A DNA stretch of 37,504 bases from IMG/VR virus record IMGVR_UViG_649989947_000021; one strand, given 5' to 3'. Positions 1 through 10,389 of this stretch are shown piece after piece (the stretch's first letter is position 1; the number at the start of each line of letters is the position of its first letter). The DNA comes from a virus. Taxonomy: Duplodnaviria; Heunggongvirae; Uroviricota; Caudoviricetes. The position numbers and the translations under genes are program-made. The notes beneath the pieces are model-generated. The model was not told the origin of the DNA. It made no database searches and saw only the letters and a list, made by a program, of their open reading frames with translations.

Positions 1-171
1 CTGACCGTACTCAACGTCCATACTGTAACGCCCGGCTTCATCCGGATTTTCTGAGGCCAGCGTGTTCACCACCACAGTGGTACTGTTACGTTTTGCTTTC
101 AGCTGGATTGTGCAGTTCTGTACCGGTTTTCCTGTGCCGTCTTTCAGTACACCTGAAATCTTTACTGCCAT
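1..171 (-). CDS. stf: side tail fiber protein Stf, N-terminal part (continues beyond window start)
   Basis: Minus-strand ORF with ATG at 171..169 translating MAVKISGVLKDGTGKPVQNCTIQLKAKRNSTTVVVNTLASENPDEAGRYSMDVEYGQ, matching the lambda Stf N-terminus as I recall it; sits after lom as in lambda; truncated by the window edge. Confidence 0.8.
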   Translation of the reverse strand, partial: MAVKISGVLKDGTGKPVQNCTIQLKAKRNSTTVVVNTLASENPDEAGRYSMDVEYGQ

Positions 172-182
172 ATTCACCCCAC

Positions 183-210
183 AAAAAAGCCCGCCTGAAC
201 CGGCGGGCTG
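183..210 (-). terminator. rho-independent terminator between lom and stf
   Basis: Minus-strand hairpin AGCCCGCC-GGTTCA-GGCGGGCT followed by TTTTTTGTG. Confidence 0.55.
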
Positions 211-231
211 TCATAACACTGTGTTACCTGG

Positions 232-834
232 CTAATCAGAATTTATAACCGACACCCACGATGAAACCGTCAGTGCGCCAGTCACCACTGCCGGAGCCTT
301 CATAAGCAATATCAATGGCCACGGATTCGGTCGGGTTAAACTGCACGCCAGCCCCCACGCCAGAGACGTGTTGCTGTGGCGACCGTCATCACTTCCGGTC
401 AGCACATCGTGCGTTTTCCCCTTGTTGTCAGTTACGCGGAGATAATCCCCGGAGAAAGTCGACACACGGCTGTAAGCCACACCCGCCATCGCATACGCGC
501 TGAACCATTCATTCACGCGTACAGACGGCCCCGCCATCACGCTGAACCAGCGGTTACGCACGGAATCTTCATGCCAGCGGGTATCGCTGTAACGGGTAAG
601 CTGGCGATTCTTGTCTCCTGCATAGCTGAATGACGTCACCAGCCCCAGCGTGTCCGTAAATTCATAACGGTATTTCACGTTAATCCCGTTAAGATTATCG
701 CTACCGGGAGCGTTCGTCCGGGCATGAAGATACCCCGCGCTCAGTGTGGACTGATGTTCAGACGCCCATGCAGGCGCACCGGATACGGACAGACAGATGG
801 CTGCGGACAAAATGGCTGCACAAACTTTACGCAT
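232..834 (-). CDS. lom: Lom outer membrane protein (Ail/Lom family)
   Basis: 200-aa ORF with signal peptide [24 protein letters not shown] and beta-barrel-like sequence; located immediately after J as in lambda; GAGG ribosome-binding site upstream. Confidence 0.9.
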
Positions 835-856
835 AATTACCTCTCGCTTTTCTGCA

Positions 857-882
857 ATAAAAAAGGCACCATTTCTGGTGCC
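857..882 (-). terminator. rho-independent terminator after J (tJ-like)
   Basis: Minus-strand hairpin GGCACC-AGAAAT-GGTGCC followed by TTTTTTATT, between J stop (904) and lom start (834). Confidence 0.55.
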
Positions 883-903
883 CTTATATGGGTTATAACA
901 ATT

Positions 904-2664
904 TCAACGAATACTGATGCCGGAAGCGGCTTTTTTGGTCACAATCACCGTACAGTCGGTGATATTGCCTGCCCACTGATTGCCTTTCTGGAAAATCTTA
1001 AACTCCAGAGTGACGCTACCACCACCACTAGGCATATCAATAACTGCACTGTAACTACCGGGAATGGCCCCTTTAGTTTCTCTGGATGCGATTAATACAC
1101 CGTTTTTGCGAACTTCAAAACCATAACCCGTGTAACTTGTACCTCCCGGGTTATTACCACTTCCCGGATAGCTATACGCTATTCCGTTAAAGATAATGGG
1201 CGGAATAATGATTTGACGGTCAAAGTTATGATCATCGCTGATGGTGACTGTAACCGTCCCGTTTGGTGTTTCCGTGTTACCCCATGTACCAGCCTGTTTC
1301 GGAAATGATTTGGATACAGCTTTAACGAAGTCACCTCTGACCTGAGTCGCCTCCAGCATGCCCTTAATCGTACAGTTTTCATTTACCGTGACATTGTTGA
1401 GCGTCCCGGCGTTCGCATTCACACTGCCACTGATATCCGCATTTTTAGCGGTCAGCTTTCCGTCTGATGTCAGGGAAAATACCGGAGGACTGCCACCGCT
1501 GGTAATTGTGGGAGCAATAAGGGTCTTAATCAGCGCTTCATTGATAAACGTCTGTCCCCCCTGCGTGACCAGTGCTGGAGTGGTGTTACCGTTCTCCGGA
1601 TTAATGAACGCAATCCTGTCTGCCGCCAGCAGCACCTGACTCTGCATACCGTCAGGGGTATTCTCAATACCGGCACCGATACCCGCAATGTAAAGGCGAC
1701 CATCCTGCATCTGCTGCAGTTTCACGGCCCACATACTGTTCAGGTTATTACTGGTGTCTGTCTGAACCTTTTGTATCTGCTGGATTGTTGCTTCCTGCTC
1801 GCCCAGTTTTTTGTCTGTCGTCGAGATGATTTCACTGCTTTTTTCATCCACATACTGACGAACCTGCGCAATCTGGCGTGCATTCTCCTCATTACTCTGA
1901 CTGACCGTTTGCGTGAGTTCGCTACTGACGTTGTCCACTTTCTGACTCACCTGGGATATGGCCAGTGACTGCTCATCATTTTTTTTAGCAACCAGCTGCG
2001 TGAGGCTGTTTTCAGTTTCCCCGATTTTTTGGGTCACCCCGGCAATATCACTCTCCAGTCGCTGATTGACCTCATCCTCCAGTTGCTCAACTTCACTGCG
2101 CAATGCAGAGGCATTAATACGATCATTCAGCTCCTGCCCCAGCAGGGTGCTGTTTATTTTCCCTTCAAAAAAATTGAGATACTCTTCAGGATTATTACCC
2201 GGCTGGCCGACAGCCTCCACGAATGCCGATTTGCCAACGGTATTCACACTGCGAACATAAAAGTAATAATCATGGCCCGGCTTAATATTCTGGCCGGAGG
2301 CTACCCAGTACAGTGCCGTACCAAGATAGCGGGCAGATTTGTCCACCTGTGAGACATCTGAAATCTTCGTTTCAGAAAACCAGAATTCAAACTGTACCGT
2401 CGGATCATAAACCGCAAGATGCGGCGTGGCGGTTATCTGAAAATAGCCCGGCGTCAGCTCAATCTGTGACGGCGCTGCCGGTGCGGCAATCCGGAACGAT
2501 ACCGACGCCGGATCGCCCTGCTGTCCCCGGGCATTTACCGCCCGGACTGTCAGCGTGTAACGCCCCAACGCCAGCTGCCTGAAGCGGTATGTGGTTTCCG
2601 TCGTCCGGGCCGTGCTGACCAGCCGCTCACTGCCGTCATCCGCTGCCACGGTCAGGCGAAGCAT
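904..2664 (-). CDS. J: host specificity (central tail fiber) protein J, C-terminal segment downstream of a frameshift
   Basis: 586-aa ORF beginning [17 protein letters not shown], which is the continuation of lambda J after ...[11 protein letters not shown]; FN3-like region, then a long Q/E-rich coiled-coil-like stretch and a C-terminal domain that does not match lambda J as I recall it. Confidence 0.85.
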   Translation of the reverse strand: MLRLTVAADDGSERLVSTARTTETTYRFRQLALGRYTLTVRAVNARGQQGDPASVSFRIAAPAAPSQIELTPGYFQITATPHLAVYDPTVQFEFWFSETKISDVSQVDKSARYLGTALYWVASGQNIKPGHDYYFYVRSVNTVGKSAFVEAVGQPGNNPEEYLNFFEGKINSTLLGQELNDRINASALRSEVEQLEDEVNQRLESDIAGVTQKIGETENSLTQLVAKKNDEQSLAISQVSQKVDNVSSELTQTVSQSNEENARQIAQVRQYVDEKSSEIISTTDKKLGEQEATIQQIQKVQTDTSNNLNSMWAVKLQQMQDGRLYIAGIGAGIENTPDGMQSQVLLAADRIAFINPENGNTTPALVTQGGQTFINEALIKTLIAPTITSGGSPPVFSLTSDGKLTAKNADISGSVNANAGTLNNVTVNENCTIKGMLEATQVRGDFVKAVSKSFPKQAGTWGNTETPNGTVTVTISDDHNFDRQIIIPPIIFNGIAYSYPGSGNNPGGTSYTGYGFEVRKNGVLIASRETKGAIPGSYSAVIDMPSGGGSVTLEFKIFQKGNQWAGNITDCTVIVTKKAASGISIR

Positions 2665-4619
2665 AAAGCTCCCCCCTTCACCACCTTCGGCGTGTCCCAG
2701 CGCGCCAGCACCTGGTATTCCCCGCTGTCTGCGGTGACTTCTGCGGTCAGGTGCTGCACTGCTGGCGGCGTGACACCGTTCACCGTGCCACTCTGTTCGC
2801 CGTCAAAGTGCGCCCCGTTATCCACGATGGCCTCTTTTTCCGGCACATGCTGCACGGCGGTGATGGCATACGTGCCGTCGTCGTTCTCACGGATACTCAC
2901 GCAGCGGAACAGTCGCTGGCGCAGCGTCGGCAGCTTCAGCCCCCATACGCTGTATTCAGCAACACCGTCAGGAACACGGCTCACTTTTACCTTCACGCCG
3001 TCGGTGACGGACTGAACCTCCACGCTGACCGGATTGCCACTTCCGTCAACCAGGCTTATCAGCGTGGTACCGGAGGATGGCAGCGTGATTTCACGGTCGA
3101 GCGTCAGCGTCCGGGTCTGGCTGTTCACCGCCAGCACGCGCCCGCCGGTGCTGATACCGGCATAGTCATCATCGCAGATTTCAATGACATCGCCCGGTAC
3201 ATGGCGAAGCCCTTCAGCACCCACGCTGAAGTCCACGGTCTGCGTTTCCAGCAGTTCTGTTTTAATCAGCCACAGCCCGGCGCGGTGTGCCTGCCCCCGA
3301 CTGGTACAGCCAAAGGCATCCATCTTCGTGACGTTACGACCGTAACGGGCAATGGCCTGCGTGTCCTCCACAAGCTCTGTTGCCGTCTCCCAGCCGTTGT
3401 TCGGGTCAATCCAGTTCACCTCAACGGCATTATGGCGGTCCTTCAGGGCGCTGAAGCTGTAGCGGAACGGCGCGCCATCATCCGGCATCACCACATTACT
3501 GCGGTTATAGGTCCACACCTTATCCGACGGTCGGTCCTGCACGAACGTCAGCGTTTGCCCGTTCCATACCGGCATACAGCGCATCGCCGAGCAGAAATCA
3601 CTGAGCACATCCCACGCCTTGCGCTGTGTGGTCAGGTACGCATTACAGGTGATGCGCGGCTCCGTGCCGCCAAAGCCGTCCGGCACTGACTGGTCGCAGT
3701 ACTGGCCGATGACATACAGCGCCCATTTATCCACATCCGCCGCACCAAGACGTTTCCCCATGCCGTAGCGCGGATGGGTAAGCATATCCCACAGACACCA
3801 GGCCATGTTGTTGCTGTATGCCGGTTTTAACGTTCCGTCCCAGATACCGCTGTATTGTCGCGTCTGCGGGTTATAGTTCGACGGCACCTGCAGAATGCGC
3901 CCGCGAAGATGATAATTACGGCTCACCTGCTGGCTGCCGAACTGCTCCGAATCCACCTGTACGCCGACCAGTGCCGTGTTCGGGTAGCACTGTTTCACAT
4001 CGATGATTTCGGTGTATGACGACCAGAGCGTTTTGTTCTGCAGCTGGTCTGTGGTGCTGTCCGGCGTCATCCTGCGCATCCGGATATTGAACGGGCGCGG
4101 CGGCAGGTTACCCACCACCACCGATGCCAGATACTGTGAGGTGGTTTTGCCTTTAATGGTGATGTCTTTTTCCGTCACCCAGCCACCGTTACGTTGTATC
4201 TGAACCAGCAGGCGGACTTCCGACGGATTCCTGTCCCCCTTTGAGGTGGTTTCCACCAGTGCCTGCACACCGAAGGTAAAACGCAGTCGGTCAATGTTTG
4301 CCGACGTGATGGTCCGGGTGATCGGCGTGTCGTATTTCACTTCCGTACCCAGCACCGTCTCGGAGCCGGAGGATTCAAATCCCTCCGGCGGAGTCTGCTC
4401 CTGCTCACCAGCCCGGAACACCACCGTGACACCGGAGATATTGGTATTCCCCTCACTGTCCAGCACCGGCGTACTGTTCAGCAGCACGCTTTTTAATCCA
4501 TCCACCGGACCGTCAATCGGCCCTTCGCTGATGGCATCAATCACACTCAGCAGTTGCGTGGACTTCAGGTTGTCCTTCGCTTCGCGCGGGGTATGCCCCT
4601 TACTGCTTCCTTTGCCCAT
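2652..4619 (-). CDS. J: host specificity protein J, N-terminal segment upstream of a frameshift
   Basis: 655-aa [46 protein letters not shown]..., near-identical to the lambda J N-terminus by recall; ends ...[17 protein letters not shown] where lambda continues in-frame. Confidence 0.9.
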   Translation of the reverse strand: MGKGSSKGHTPREAKDNLKSTQLLSVIDAISEGPIDGPVDGLKSVLLNSTPVLDSEGNTNISGVTVVFRAGEQEQTPPEGFESSGSETVLGTEVKYDTPITRTITSANIDRLRFTFGVQALVETTSKGDRNPSEVRLLVQIQRNGGWVTEKDITIKGKTTSQYLASVVVGNLPPRPFNIRMRRMTPDSTTDQLQNKTLWSSYTEIIDVKQCYPNTALVGVQVDSEQFGSQQVSRNYHLRGRILQVPSNYNPQTRQYSGIWDGTLKPAYSNNMAWCLWDMLTHPRYGMGKRLGAADVDKWALYVIGQYCDQSVPDGFGGTEPRITCNAYLTTQRKAWDVLSDFCSAMRCMPVWNGQTLTFVQDRPSDKVWTYNRSNVVMPDDGAPFRYSFSALKDRHNAVEVNWIDPNNGWETATELVEDTQAIARYGRNVTKMDAFGCTSRGQAHRAGLWLIKTELLETQTVDFSVGAEGLRHVPGDVIEICDDDYAGISTGGRVLAVNSQTRTLTLDREITLPSSGTTLISLVDGSGNPVSVEVQSVTDGVKVKVSRVPDGVAEYSVWGLKLPTLRQRLFRCVSIRENDDGTYAITAVQHVPEKEAIVDNGAHFDGEQSGTVNGVTPPAVQHLTAEVTADSGEYQVLARWDTPKVVKGGALCFA

Positions 4620-4679
4620 TCGTCATGCTCCATAAACGACAAAACCGCCCGGAGGCGGTTTCACATGAAATATTTTGCA

Positions 4680-5327
4680 TCAGCGGCCAATCACCACAAC
4701 CTGACCACCGTCCCCTTCATCTGCCGTGCTGATCTCCTGAGAAACCACACGAGACCCCACGCGCATTTCACCGTACAGAACAGGCAGAACATTGCCCTGG
4801 GCAACCATGTTATCCAGTGATGAGAAATAGGTGTTCTGCTTACCGTTATCCGTGCTGGTCGCTGTGGGCGTCCGGGCTTTCGGTGCCAGCATCTGGGCCA
4901 CACCACCCAGGATCATACTGGCCCCTGCCGCATACATGCCCGATACAGCCGCGGCACCCAGCCAGCCCACAGGGTTCCACCATGCCACCGCAATCAGCGC
5001 CGCCCCCAGCACCACCTGAAACACACCGCCACTTTTAGCTCCCGCCAGATGCGGCACGATGTGGATCACGGCACCATTTGCCAGCGGCTCATTAAGACGG
5101 GCAGATAATTCGGTTTCACCTGCATCACGCCCGGCAATGCGCACCTGATACCAGCCGTCATTCAGTTTCTGACGAAACGCCGGGAGCTGTGTGGACAACG
5201 CCCGGATGGCTTCAGCCCCCGTTTTTACACGAAGGTCGATGCGGCGGCCAAATCGTTGTAAATCCCCGTAAAGGCAGATGCGTGCCATGCCCGGTGACGC
5301 CAGAGGGAGTGTGTGCGTCGCTGCCAT
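4680..5327 (-). CDS. I: tail assembly protein I
   Basis: 215-aa ORF MAATHTLPLASPGMARICLYGDLQRFGRRIDLRV...; overlaps the K 3' end by about 100 nt, as lambda K/I do. Confidence 0.85.
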   Translation of the reverse strand: MAATHTLPLASPGMARICLYGDLQRFGRRIDLRVKTGAEAIRALSTQLPAFRQKLNDGWYQVRIAGRDAGETELSARLNEPLANGAVIHIVPHLAGAKSGGVFQVVLGAALIAVAWWNPVGWLGAAAVSGMYAAGASMILGGVAQMLAPKARTPTATSTDNGKQNTYFSSLDNMVAQGNVLPVLYGEMRVGSRVVSQEISTADEGDGGQVVVIGR

Positions 5328-5968
5328 TTGTCGGTATACCTCTCTCGTTTGCTCAGTTGTTCAGGAATATGGTGCAACAGCTCACCGTCGCCGCAGTAAA
5401 TGGCGGCATGATTCGGCACCGATGAACCAAAACAGCACAGCAGCACATCGCCCGGCTGCGCCGCTGACAACGGCACCTGATACAGCCCTGTGGCCTCCAG
5501 ATTATCCAGATAGAGATTCTGGCCGTTACACCACCAGTCATCCTCACGATGAAAGTCCGGCATCTCAATCCCCGCCAGATGATAAGCATCCCGGAACAGC
5601 GTGTAACAGTCCGTCACCCCGTGCTCAAAGCGCCGCCCGGTAAGATGCGGCACACAGCGGAATTTATGAATCTCACCCCGGCAGACCAGCCACCAAGGCA
5701 AATCGCTCTGCACCTGCAGCCGCCTGTCAGCCTCACTCAGCCAGGGCAGACCACCGGGGTGGCTGTGGACCAGCGCCACAATCTCACCCTGCATCTCTGC
5801 CCGCAGCCAGTCCTCCGGCGACATCCGGAAATACGCCTCCGGCTCACCGGAGATATTCACGCAGGGAAAATATCTTTCCCCTTCCGGCGTTCTCACCACG
5901 AAGCCGCACGACTCCGCTGGCGCACATCGCCGGGCGTGCGCCAGAATCTCTGATTCTGTCTGTGTCAT
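5225..5968 (-). CDS. K: tail assembly protein K (MPN/JAMM plus NlpC/P60 domains)
   Basis: ORF with HSHPGG JAMM-like motif and a C-terminal Cys/His NlpC/P60-like region; start chosen at ATG 5968 (MTQTESEIL...), 5 nt after the L stop; a shorter start is possible. Confidence 0.8.
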   Translation of the reverse strand: MTQTESEILAHARRCAPAESCGFVVRTPEGERYFPCVNISGEPEAYFRMSPEDWLRAEMQGEIVALVHSHPGGLPWLSEADRRLQVQSDLPWWLVCRGEIHKFRCVPHLTGRRFEHGVTDCYTLFRDAYHLAGIEMPDFHREDDWWCNGQNLYLDNLEATGLYQVPLSAAQPGDVLLCCFGSSVPNHAAIYCGDGELLHHIPEQLSKRERYTDKWQRRTHSLWRHRAWHASAFTGIYNDLAAASTFV

Positions 5969-5972
5969 GGGA

Positions 5973-6671
5973 TTACTGCGAAAGTTTGTTAATGGAAAGG
6001 AAGCCGCCAAAGTTGCCGACGTTATTGCGAAACTTACAGCCGCTCAGGCATTTGCTGCATTTATCCTTCGTGATATCGGACGTCGGCTGGTCATATTCAT
6101 CCGCGACAGCCGGACCGTGATAACCACACTCATCACCGCGATAGGTCCAGGTGCAGGTGTTGGCCAGCATGATACGCCCCGGAAAAACAGCACCATCCGT
6201 TTCCGTCGGTGTGGACAACACAAAGGAGGCACTGACCGCACTCAGTTCGCTGCACTGCTCGATGCGCCAGCGGCTGATCACCTCCTGCTCCGGATCGGCG
6301 TCGCTGTTTCCGTTGACGAAGTTCACCGCATCCAGAAAACGGGCGTAAACCTTACGCCTGACCACCGTTCCGCCGACCAGACTCTGCAGGTCTTCCGCCA
6401 TCCCCGTGACCATGCCGTGCAGGTTAGAAACCGTCAGTGTCGGACGGGCAGCACTGCCCTTGCCGTTCAGTTCAAATCCTGTCCCCTGAATGGGGTATGC
6501 CTGATACTGCCGCCCCTGCCAGGTAACCGGCTCACCTTTTTCGTTCTGCTCATTACAGAAAAAATAACGTTCACCACCGACCTCTGTCAGATCGATTTCC
6601 CAGAGCACCACCTGGGCTGACTGAGTGAGGCGTGTCGTCTCATGATGTGTTTCCTGTGGAATATCCTGCAT
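5973..6671 (-). CDS. L: minor tail protein L
   Basis: 232-aa ORF MQDIPQETHHETTRLTQSAQVVLWEIDLTEVGGERYFFCNEQ..., lambda L-like by recall. Confidence 0.9.
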   Translation of the reverse strand: MQDIPQETHHETTRLTQSAQVVLWEIDLTEVGGERYFFCNEQNEKGEPVTWQGRQYQAYPIQGTGFELNGKGSAARPTLTVSNLHGMVTGMAEDLQSLVGGTVVRRKVYARFLDAVNFVNGNSDADPEQEVISRWRIEQCSELSAVSASFVLSTPTETDGAVFPGRIMLANTCTWTYRGDECGYHGPAVADEYDQPTSDITKDKCSKCLSGCKFRNNVGNFGGFLSINKLSQ

Positions 6672-6680
6672 CAGAGCCTC

Positions 6681-7011
6681 CTATGCCACGACCTGTTCAA
6701 AATCTGCCGTTATGGTTACCCACAGCGCCCCCACGCTTGCCGACCATTTACGACAAACCACCCTAATCGGTTTCCAGTCATAAGGTGGCGTCCACTGAAA
6801 TGCGCGGACGCCACCGTGCCGTTCCAGAAAGGCTTTTTAAAGATGGGTGTTCACATTTACGAACACGTATCGTCACGCTGTAAGTCGACAACTGGTTATT
6901 CAGTCCCGCCGCACGACGCTGTTCATAACCATCGCCCAGCTTCACTGTCACCACTTTCGGCTCTGATACCACATTCATATCCGGGCGCACTTTCCAGTGA
7001 AACGTCTCCAT
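6681..7011 (-). pseudogene. M: minor tail protein M, interrupted by a +1 frameshift in an A5/T5 run
   Basis: N-terminal frame (6778..7011, METFHWKVRPDMNVV...TYSVTIRV) is M-like, then diverges; the M-like C-terminus (KAFLERHGGVRAFQWTPPYDWKPIRVVCRKWSA...ADFEQVVA, stop at 6683..6681) lies in the adjacent frame; the junction is at the T5 run 6834..6838. Confidence 0.8.
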
Positions 7012-10000
7012 TACCGATATGCTCCACTTAACCGACCACCATCACGGGCCTGCTGTTGCATAAAGTCCGCTGCCGCTTTTATCCCGAGGTCATAAACCGC
7101 CTTCAGGGCAGCCGGACCTATCTGCCCGTTCGTGCCATCGTTATTGATCTCGATGTTGTACTGCGGGGAAAACATCGCCATACCTGAACCCCCAATATCC
7201 GCCACCCCCCCCAGCTTACCGTCAGCACCACGACGCAATGGCAGAATGGCTTCAGGTCCCGCTTCCCCCATCACACCCGCGCCTTTTGCAAAAGCAAAAA
7301 ACGTCGGACGGTTAACCACCGTGCCACTGTAGCGACTCAAATCAGCCGACTGATAAACACCGCCATCAGCATTGGCTACAAAATCAAAAGGCAGCGCGGA
7401 AGCAATGCCTTTTACCGCTTTCATTAAAGCTATCTGAGCCATGATTCTGGACATATCTGACAGCACAGAAGAAGTAAAAGATTTGAAATTGAGTTTGCCT
7501 GTAGTACAGAATGTCGCCAGCCAGTCACTCATGCTACTGAACGCAGACGTGAACAACTGTTCCACTGTCCAGGCTGTGTTATCCGCATTCTCAGTGACAT
7601 TCTGGAGTGCACGCAGGACTCCGTTTTTCCAGTTACCCTGAGCAATTTCAAGCTGTTGCCAGTAACGGCGATTCTCATTCAGTTGTCGGTTCAGGCTCTC
7701 CGTCAGCGCCTGCTCGGCCTTTCTGTAGTCATCCGTGTTATATGTCCCTTTCTGCTCACTATCCCGCCTCAACTGCTCCAGCTGTTGCTGGTATTTCTGA
7801 CGAAGACTCAGTTGTACCTGATATCGCTGCCGCTGCTGATCACCCATACCCACCGTGGCGATATCCAGATTATGTTGTTGACGCTGAGCACGCTCTTCTT
7901 CAGCCAGTTGACTGGTCAGCTGAATTGTTTTTTTCTTCAGCTCGTTGAGTGCCGTCTGTTTCTGAAGCTCCTGCTGTTTTACATCCAGCAGCGTCAGTGC
8001 CTGAATCAGTTCATCTTTACGGGCCAGCACACTCTTTTCATCTGCCGTCAGTTTTTTCCCGTCCAGGTCGCTGATGCGCTGCTGCAGAGCCAGAAGCTGT
8101 TTATGCGCTTCTGTCATCCTTTCCGTGGCAATGCCTGCTGACTGTCTGGCAGCAGCAATCTGTCCTTCCACCTGTGCCTGTTGCTGACTGTACTGCAGCA
8201 ATAACCGGGTGGCCTCATCATTACGGGTTTCGCGTGTTTTTTTCTTACCGGATGCCAGGGCTTTCTCGTAACGTTCATTTTCACGTTGTATCGCCGCATC
8301 CCTGACAGTCTGATCGGCGTACTGCATGGCATTAATACGCGCAATTTCACGCTGATGTCGTGCTGCTTCCGTTTCATTCATCCGGTTCAGTGCAGCATTT
8401 TCAGCATTACGGCGTTTCTGTTGCTCCTGATAATTCCGCTCTGCCTGCTCTTTTGCATCCTGCAAATCCTTCTGGCGTTTTTTTTCCTGAAGCTCGTTAA
8501 GACGCTGCTGATCGTACTCAACCTGAGAAGATGATGCCGTCCAGGGGAGTCTTTTCGCCCGCGACACTTTCTCCTGTAAAGCGGAAATCTGTTCATCCAG
8601 CGAGTCTTCACGACCAATATTCATGGCCGCATCCCAGAAACGACTCCATAAATCAGACAGATACTTCAGCGTACTGCCCAGCGCATTGAGGTTATTATCA
8701 ATATCCGCAGTACGCCGACCGGTTTCCTCTGCCAGTGCAGACATGGCTATCCGTGCCGCATCACTGGACCGCCCCTGTTCCCCAAGGACGCGTATCTGCT
8801 CAAGCTGAGTGGCAGTAAGAAAATGCAGCTCATTGTCCAGAGCCTTCGCGGCATTTACAGGATCATCCTTCAGCCGCTTAAACTGACTTATGGTATCGCT
8901 GACCGACTGGCCAACCGATCGCTCCATCTGTGCGGCAGCTCTCGCCACCATACCGATATCGTTTCCACGAAATGCACCACTCCCCACCACCTGAGCCAGC
9001 GCACCGGCTGCAGCATGTTGCGTGATACCATTCCCGGAAATAGCACGACTGAGCGTCCACAGCTGCCCGGCAGTGACTCCGGCATAATGCCCCGTCAGCG
9101 ACAGCTGGCGGTTAAATTCTTCCCCCTCCTTCTGACCGTCATACCAGGCTTTACCCAGACCATAGACAGCTGCGGCAATACCGCCAATAACCCCGCCCAG
9201 CATCATGCCTTTCGGTGACATCAGTGTGTCTATCCATCCGGCACGGTTAGCCAGCGTTATCCCGGATCCCCTCAGCGCCCCTAAATTGCCGCGGGCCAGT
9301 TCACCTATCAGAACGCCTATCTCCTGGCGGGCCGCTGCACTTTTCAGACCCAGCGAATGCGTGGCTTTTCCTGCCTGCTCCATTTTGCGGATATACACTT
9401 CTGCAGCACTGCTTACCCCCAGCTGGGCAGCCTTAGCACGAAGCAACTCAGAAGATGAAAGATTCTGGCGGGTTGCCTGCTCTTTAAGCTGACGGATAAA
9501 CGCCACTTTCTGTCGGGTACCCTCTTCCTCAGCCTGTGTAAGAACACGGGTTTTCGCCGTAACCTCAGAAATCAGCGCCAGATAATCCTGCTGACCAATC
9601 CCGCCACTGTTTCTGGCCTGTCGGATCTGCTGCTGAATACGCTGTAATTCCTGCAGCCCCGCACTGGCCTGTTTCACACTGTCAATCTGACGATAAAACG
9701 CAGCAGCCGCTTTATCCTGAGCCTCCGCCAGAGCCATGGCCTGCGCCTGTTCCTCGCGCATTTTCTGGCTCAGCGCCTCCATGCGCTGGCGGGTTTTCTC
9801 CACCTCGCGGGCCATGCGTTCATGAGCCTGTGCGTTCTTCTCCACCGTCTGCGCATGGACGGATGCGGCTGTTGCAGCCGAAGAAGCCGCCTGCGTTGTC
9901 TGCCGGGCGGCCTGAGTCTGACGCTCCATAAAACGCTGCATACGGGCAGAAGACCGTTCTGCATCGCTGGCTGCACCATTCAGAAGGTTTTTGATACGGG

Positions 10001-10067
10001 GGATTTCATTTTTAAACTCTGCCGCATCAATCCCCAAATCAATGACCAGGTTGGCTATCTGGTCCAT
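7011..10067 (-). CDS. H: tail tape measure protein H
   Basis: Approximately 1018-aa coiled-coil-rich ORF whose C-terminus (...NNDGTNGQIGPAALKAVYDLGIKAAADFMQQQARDGG...) matches lambda H by recall; start set at ATG 10067 (MDQIANLVIDLGID) with GGAGG 8 nt upstream; the ORF track start at 10097 is TTG. Confidence 0.9.
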   Translation of the reverse strand: MDQIANLVIDLGIDAAEFKNEIPRIKNLLNGAASDAERSSARMQRFMERQTQAARQTTQAASSAATAASVHAQTVEKNAQAHERMAREVEKTRQRMEALSQKMREEQAQAMALAEAQDKAAAAFYRQIDSVKQASAGLQELQRIQQQIRQARNSGGIGQQDYLALISEVTAKTRVLTQAEEEGTRQKVAFIRQLKEQATRQNLSSSELLRAKAAQLGVSSAAEVYIRKMEQAGKATHSLGLKSAAARQEIGVLIGELARGNLGALRGSGITLANRAGWIDTLMSPKGMMLGGVIGGIAAAVYGLGKAWYDGQKEGEEFNRQLSLTGHYAGVTAGQLWTLSRAISGNGITQHAAAGALAQVVGSGAFRGNDIGMVARAAAQMERSVGQSVSDTISQFKRLKDDPVNAAKALDNELHFLTATQLEQIRVLGEQGRSSDAARIAMSALAEETGRRTADIDNNLNALGSTLKYLSDLWSRFWDAAMNIGREDSLDEQISALQEKVSRAKRLPWTASSSQVEYDQQRLNELQEKKRQKDLQDAKEQAERNYQEQQKRRNAENAALNRMNETEAARHQREIARINAMQYADQTVRDAAIQRENERYEKALASGKKKTRETRNDEATRLLLQYSQQQAQVEGQIAAARQSAGIATERMTEAHKQLLALQQRISDLDGKKLTADEKSVLARKDELIQALTLLDVKQQELQKQTALNELKKKTIQLTSQLAEEERAQRQQHNLDIATVGMGDQQRQRYQVQLSLRQKYQQQLEQLRRDSEQKGTYNTDDYRKAEQALTESLNRQLNENRRYWQQLEIAQGNWKNGVLRALQNVTENADNTAWTVEQLFTSAFSSMSDWLATFCTTGKLNFKSFTSSVLSDMSRIMAQIALMKAVKGIASALPFDFVANADGGVYQSADLSRYSGTVVNRPTFFAFAKGAGVMGEAGPEAILPLRRGADGKLGGVADIGGSGMAMFSPQYNIEINNDGTNGQIGPAALKAVYDLGIKAAADFMQQQARDGGRLSGAYR

Positions 10068-10389
10068 AACGCACACCTCCGGAAATACCTTCCCCAAGAT
10101 GCATCAGTTCTTCGTCCGTTCGCTCCGGTATCCCGTTCTCTTCCGGTAAAAGGCTGAAATCAGCCACCGCAGCATCACTGCTGCCGGACACCATTCTCAC
10201 GATCAATGCCTTCAGCGAGGCAAACTGCGCATCCATCCACACATCACTGAAGCTCTGCATCCGGAAATAATCGCCCCACTCACCAAGCTCAGTGGCCGAC
10301 ATTTCCGACAGCATCCGCCGCCAGTCTGCCCGCCGGAACTCCCGGGCAAGCCGCATGACAAACTGCATTTCCCGCGTCAGGACTTTTCC
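10039..10389 (-). CDS. T: T-frame part of the G-T tail assembly chaperone, expressed by -1 frameshift from G
   Basis: ORF in the -1 frame relative to G, open only from 10401 downward, overlapping the G 3' end and the H start; same arrangement as lambda G/G-T. Confidence 0.7.
   Translation of the reverse strand, partial: GKVLTREMQFVMRLAREFRRADWRRMLSEMSATELGEWGDYFRMQSFSDVWMDAQFASLKALIVRMVSGSSDAAVADFSLLPEENGIPERTDEELMHLGEGISGGVRYGPDSQPGH

Noticed and set aside
2751-3689. 312-aa plus-strand ORF, one of many long ORFs antisense to J
   Set aside because: Lies entirely inside the well-supported minus-strand J gene; shadow ORFs are expected in GC-rich phage structural genes. The same applies to the plus-strand ORFs inside H, the capsid and terminase genes and the minus-strand ORFs inside the early-left genes.
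10039-10368. T as an independently initiated gene from the ATG at 10368
   Set aside because: In lambda-like phages T is made only as a G-T fusion by -1 frameshifting; the ATG has no ribosome-binding site and lies inside the G/T overlap.
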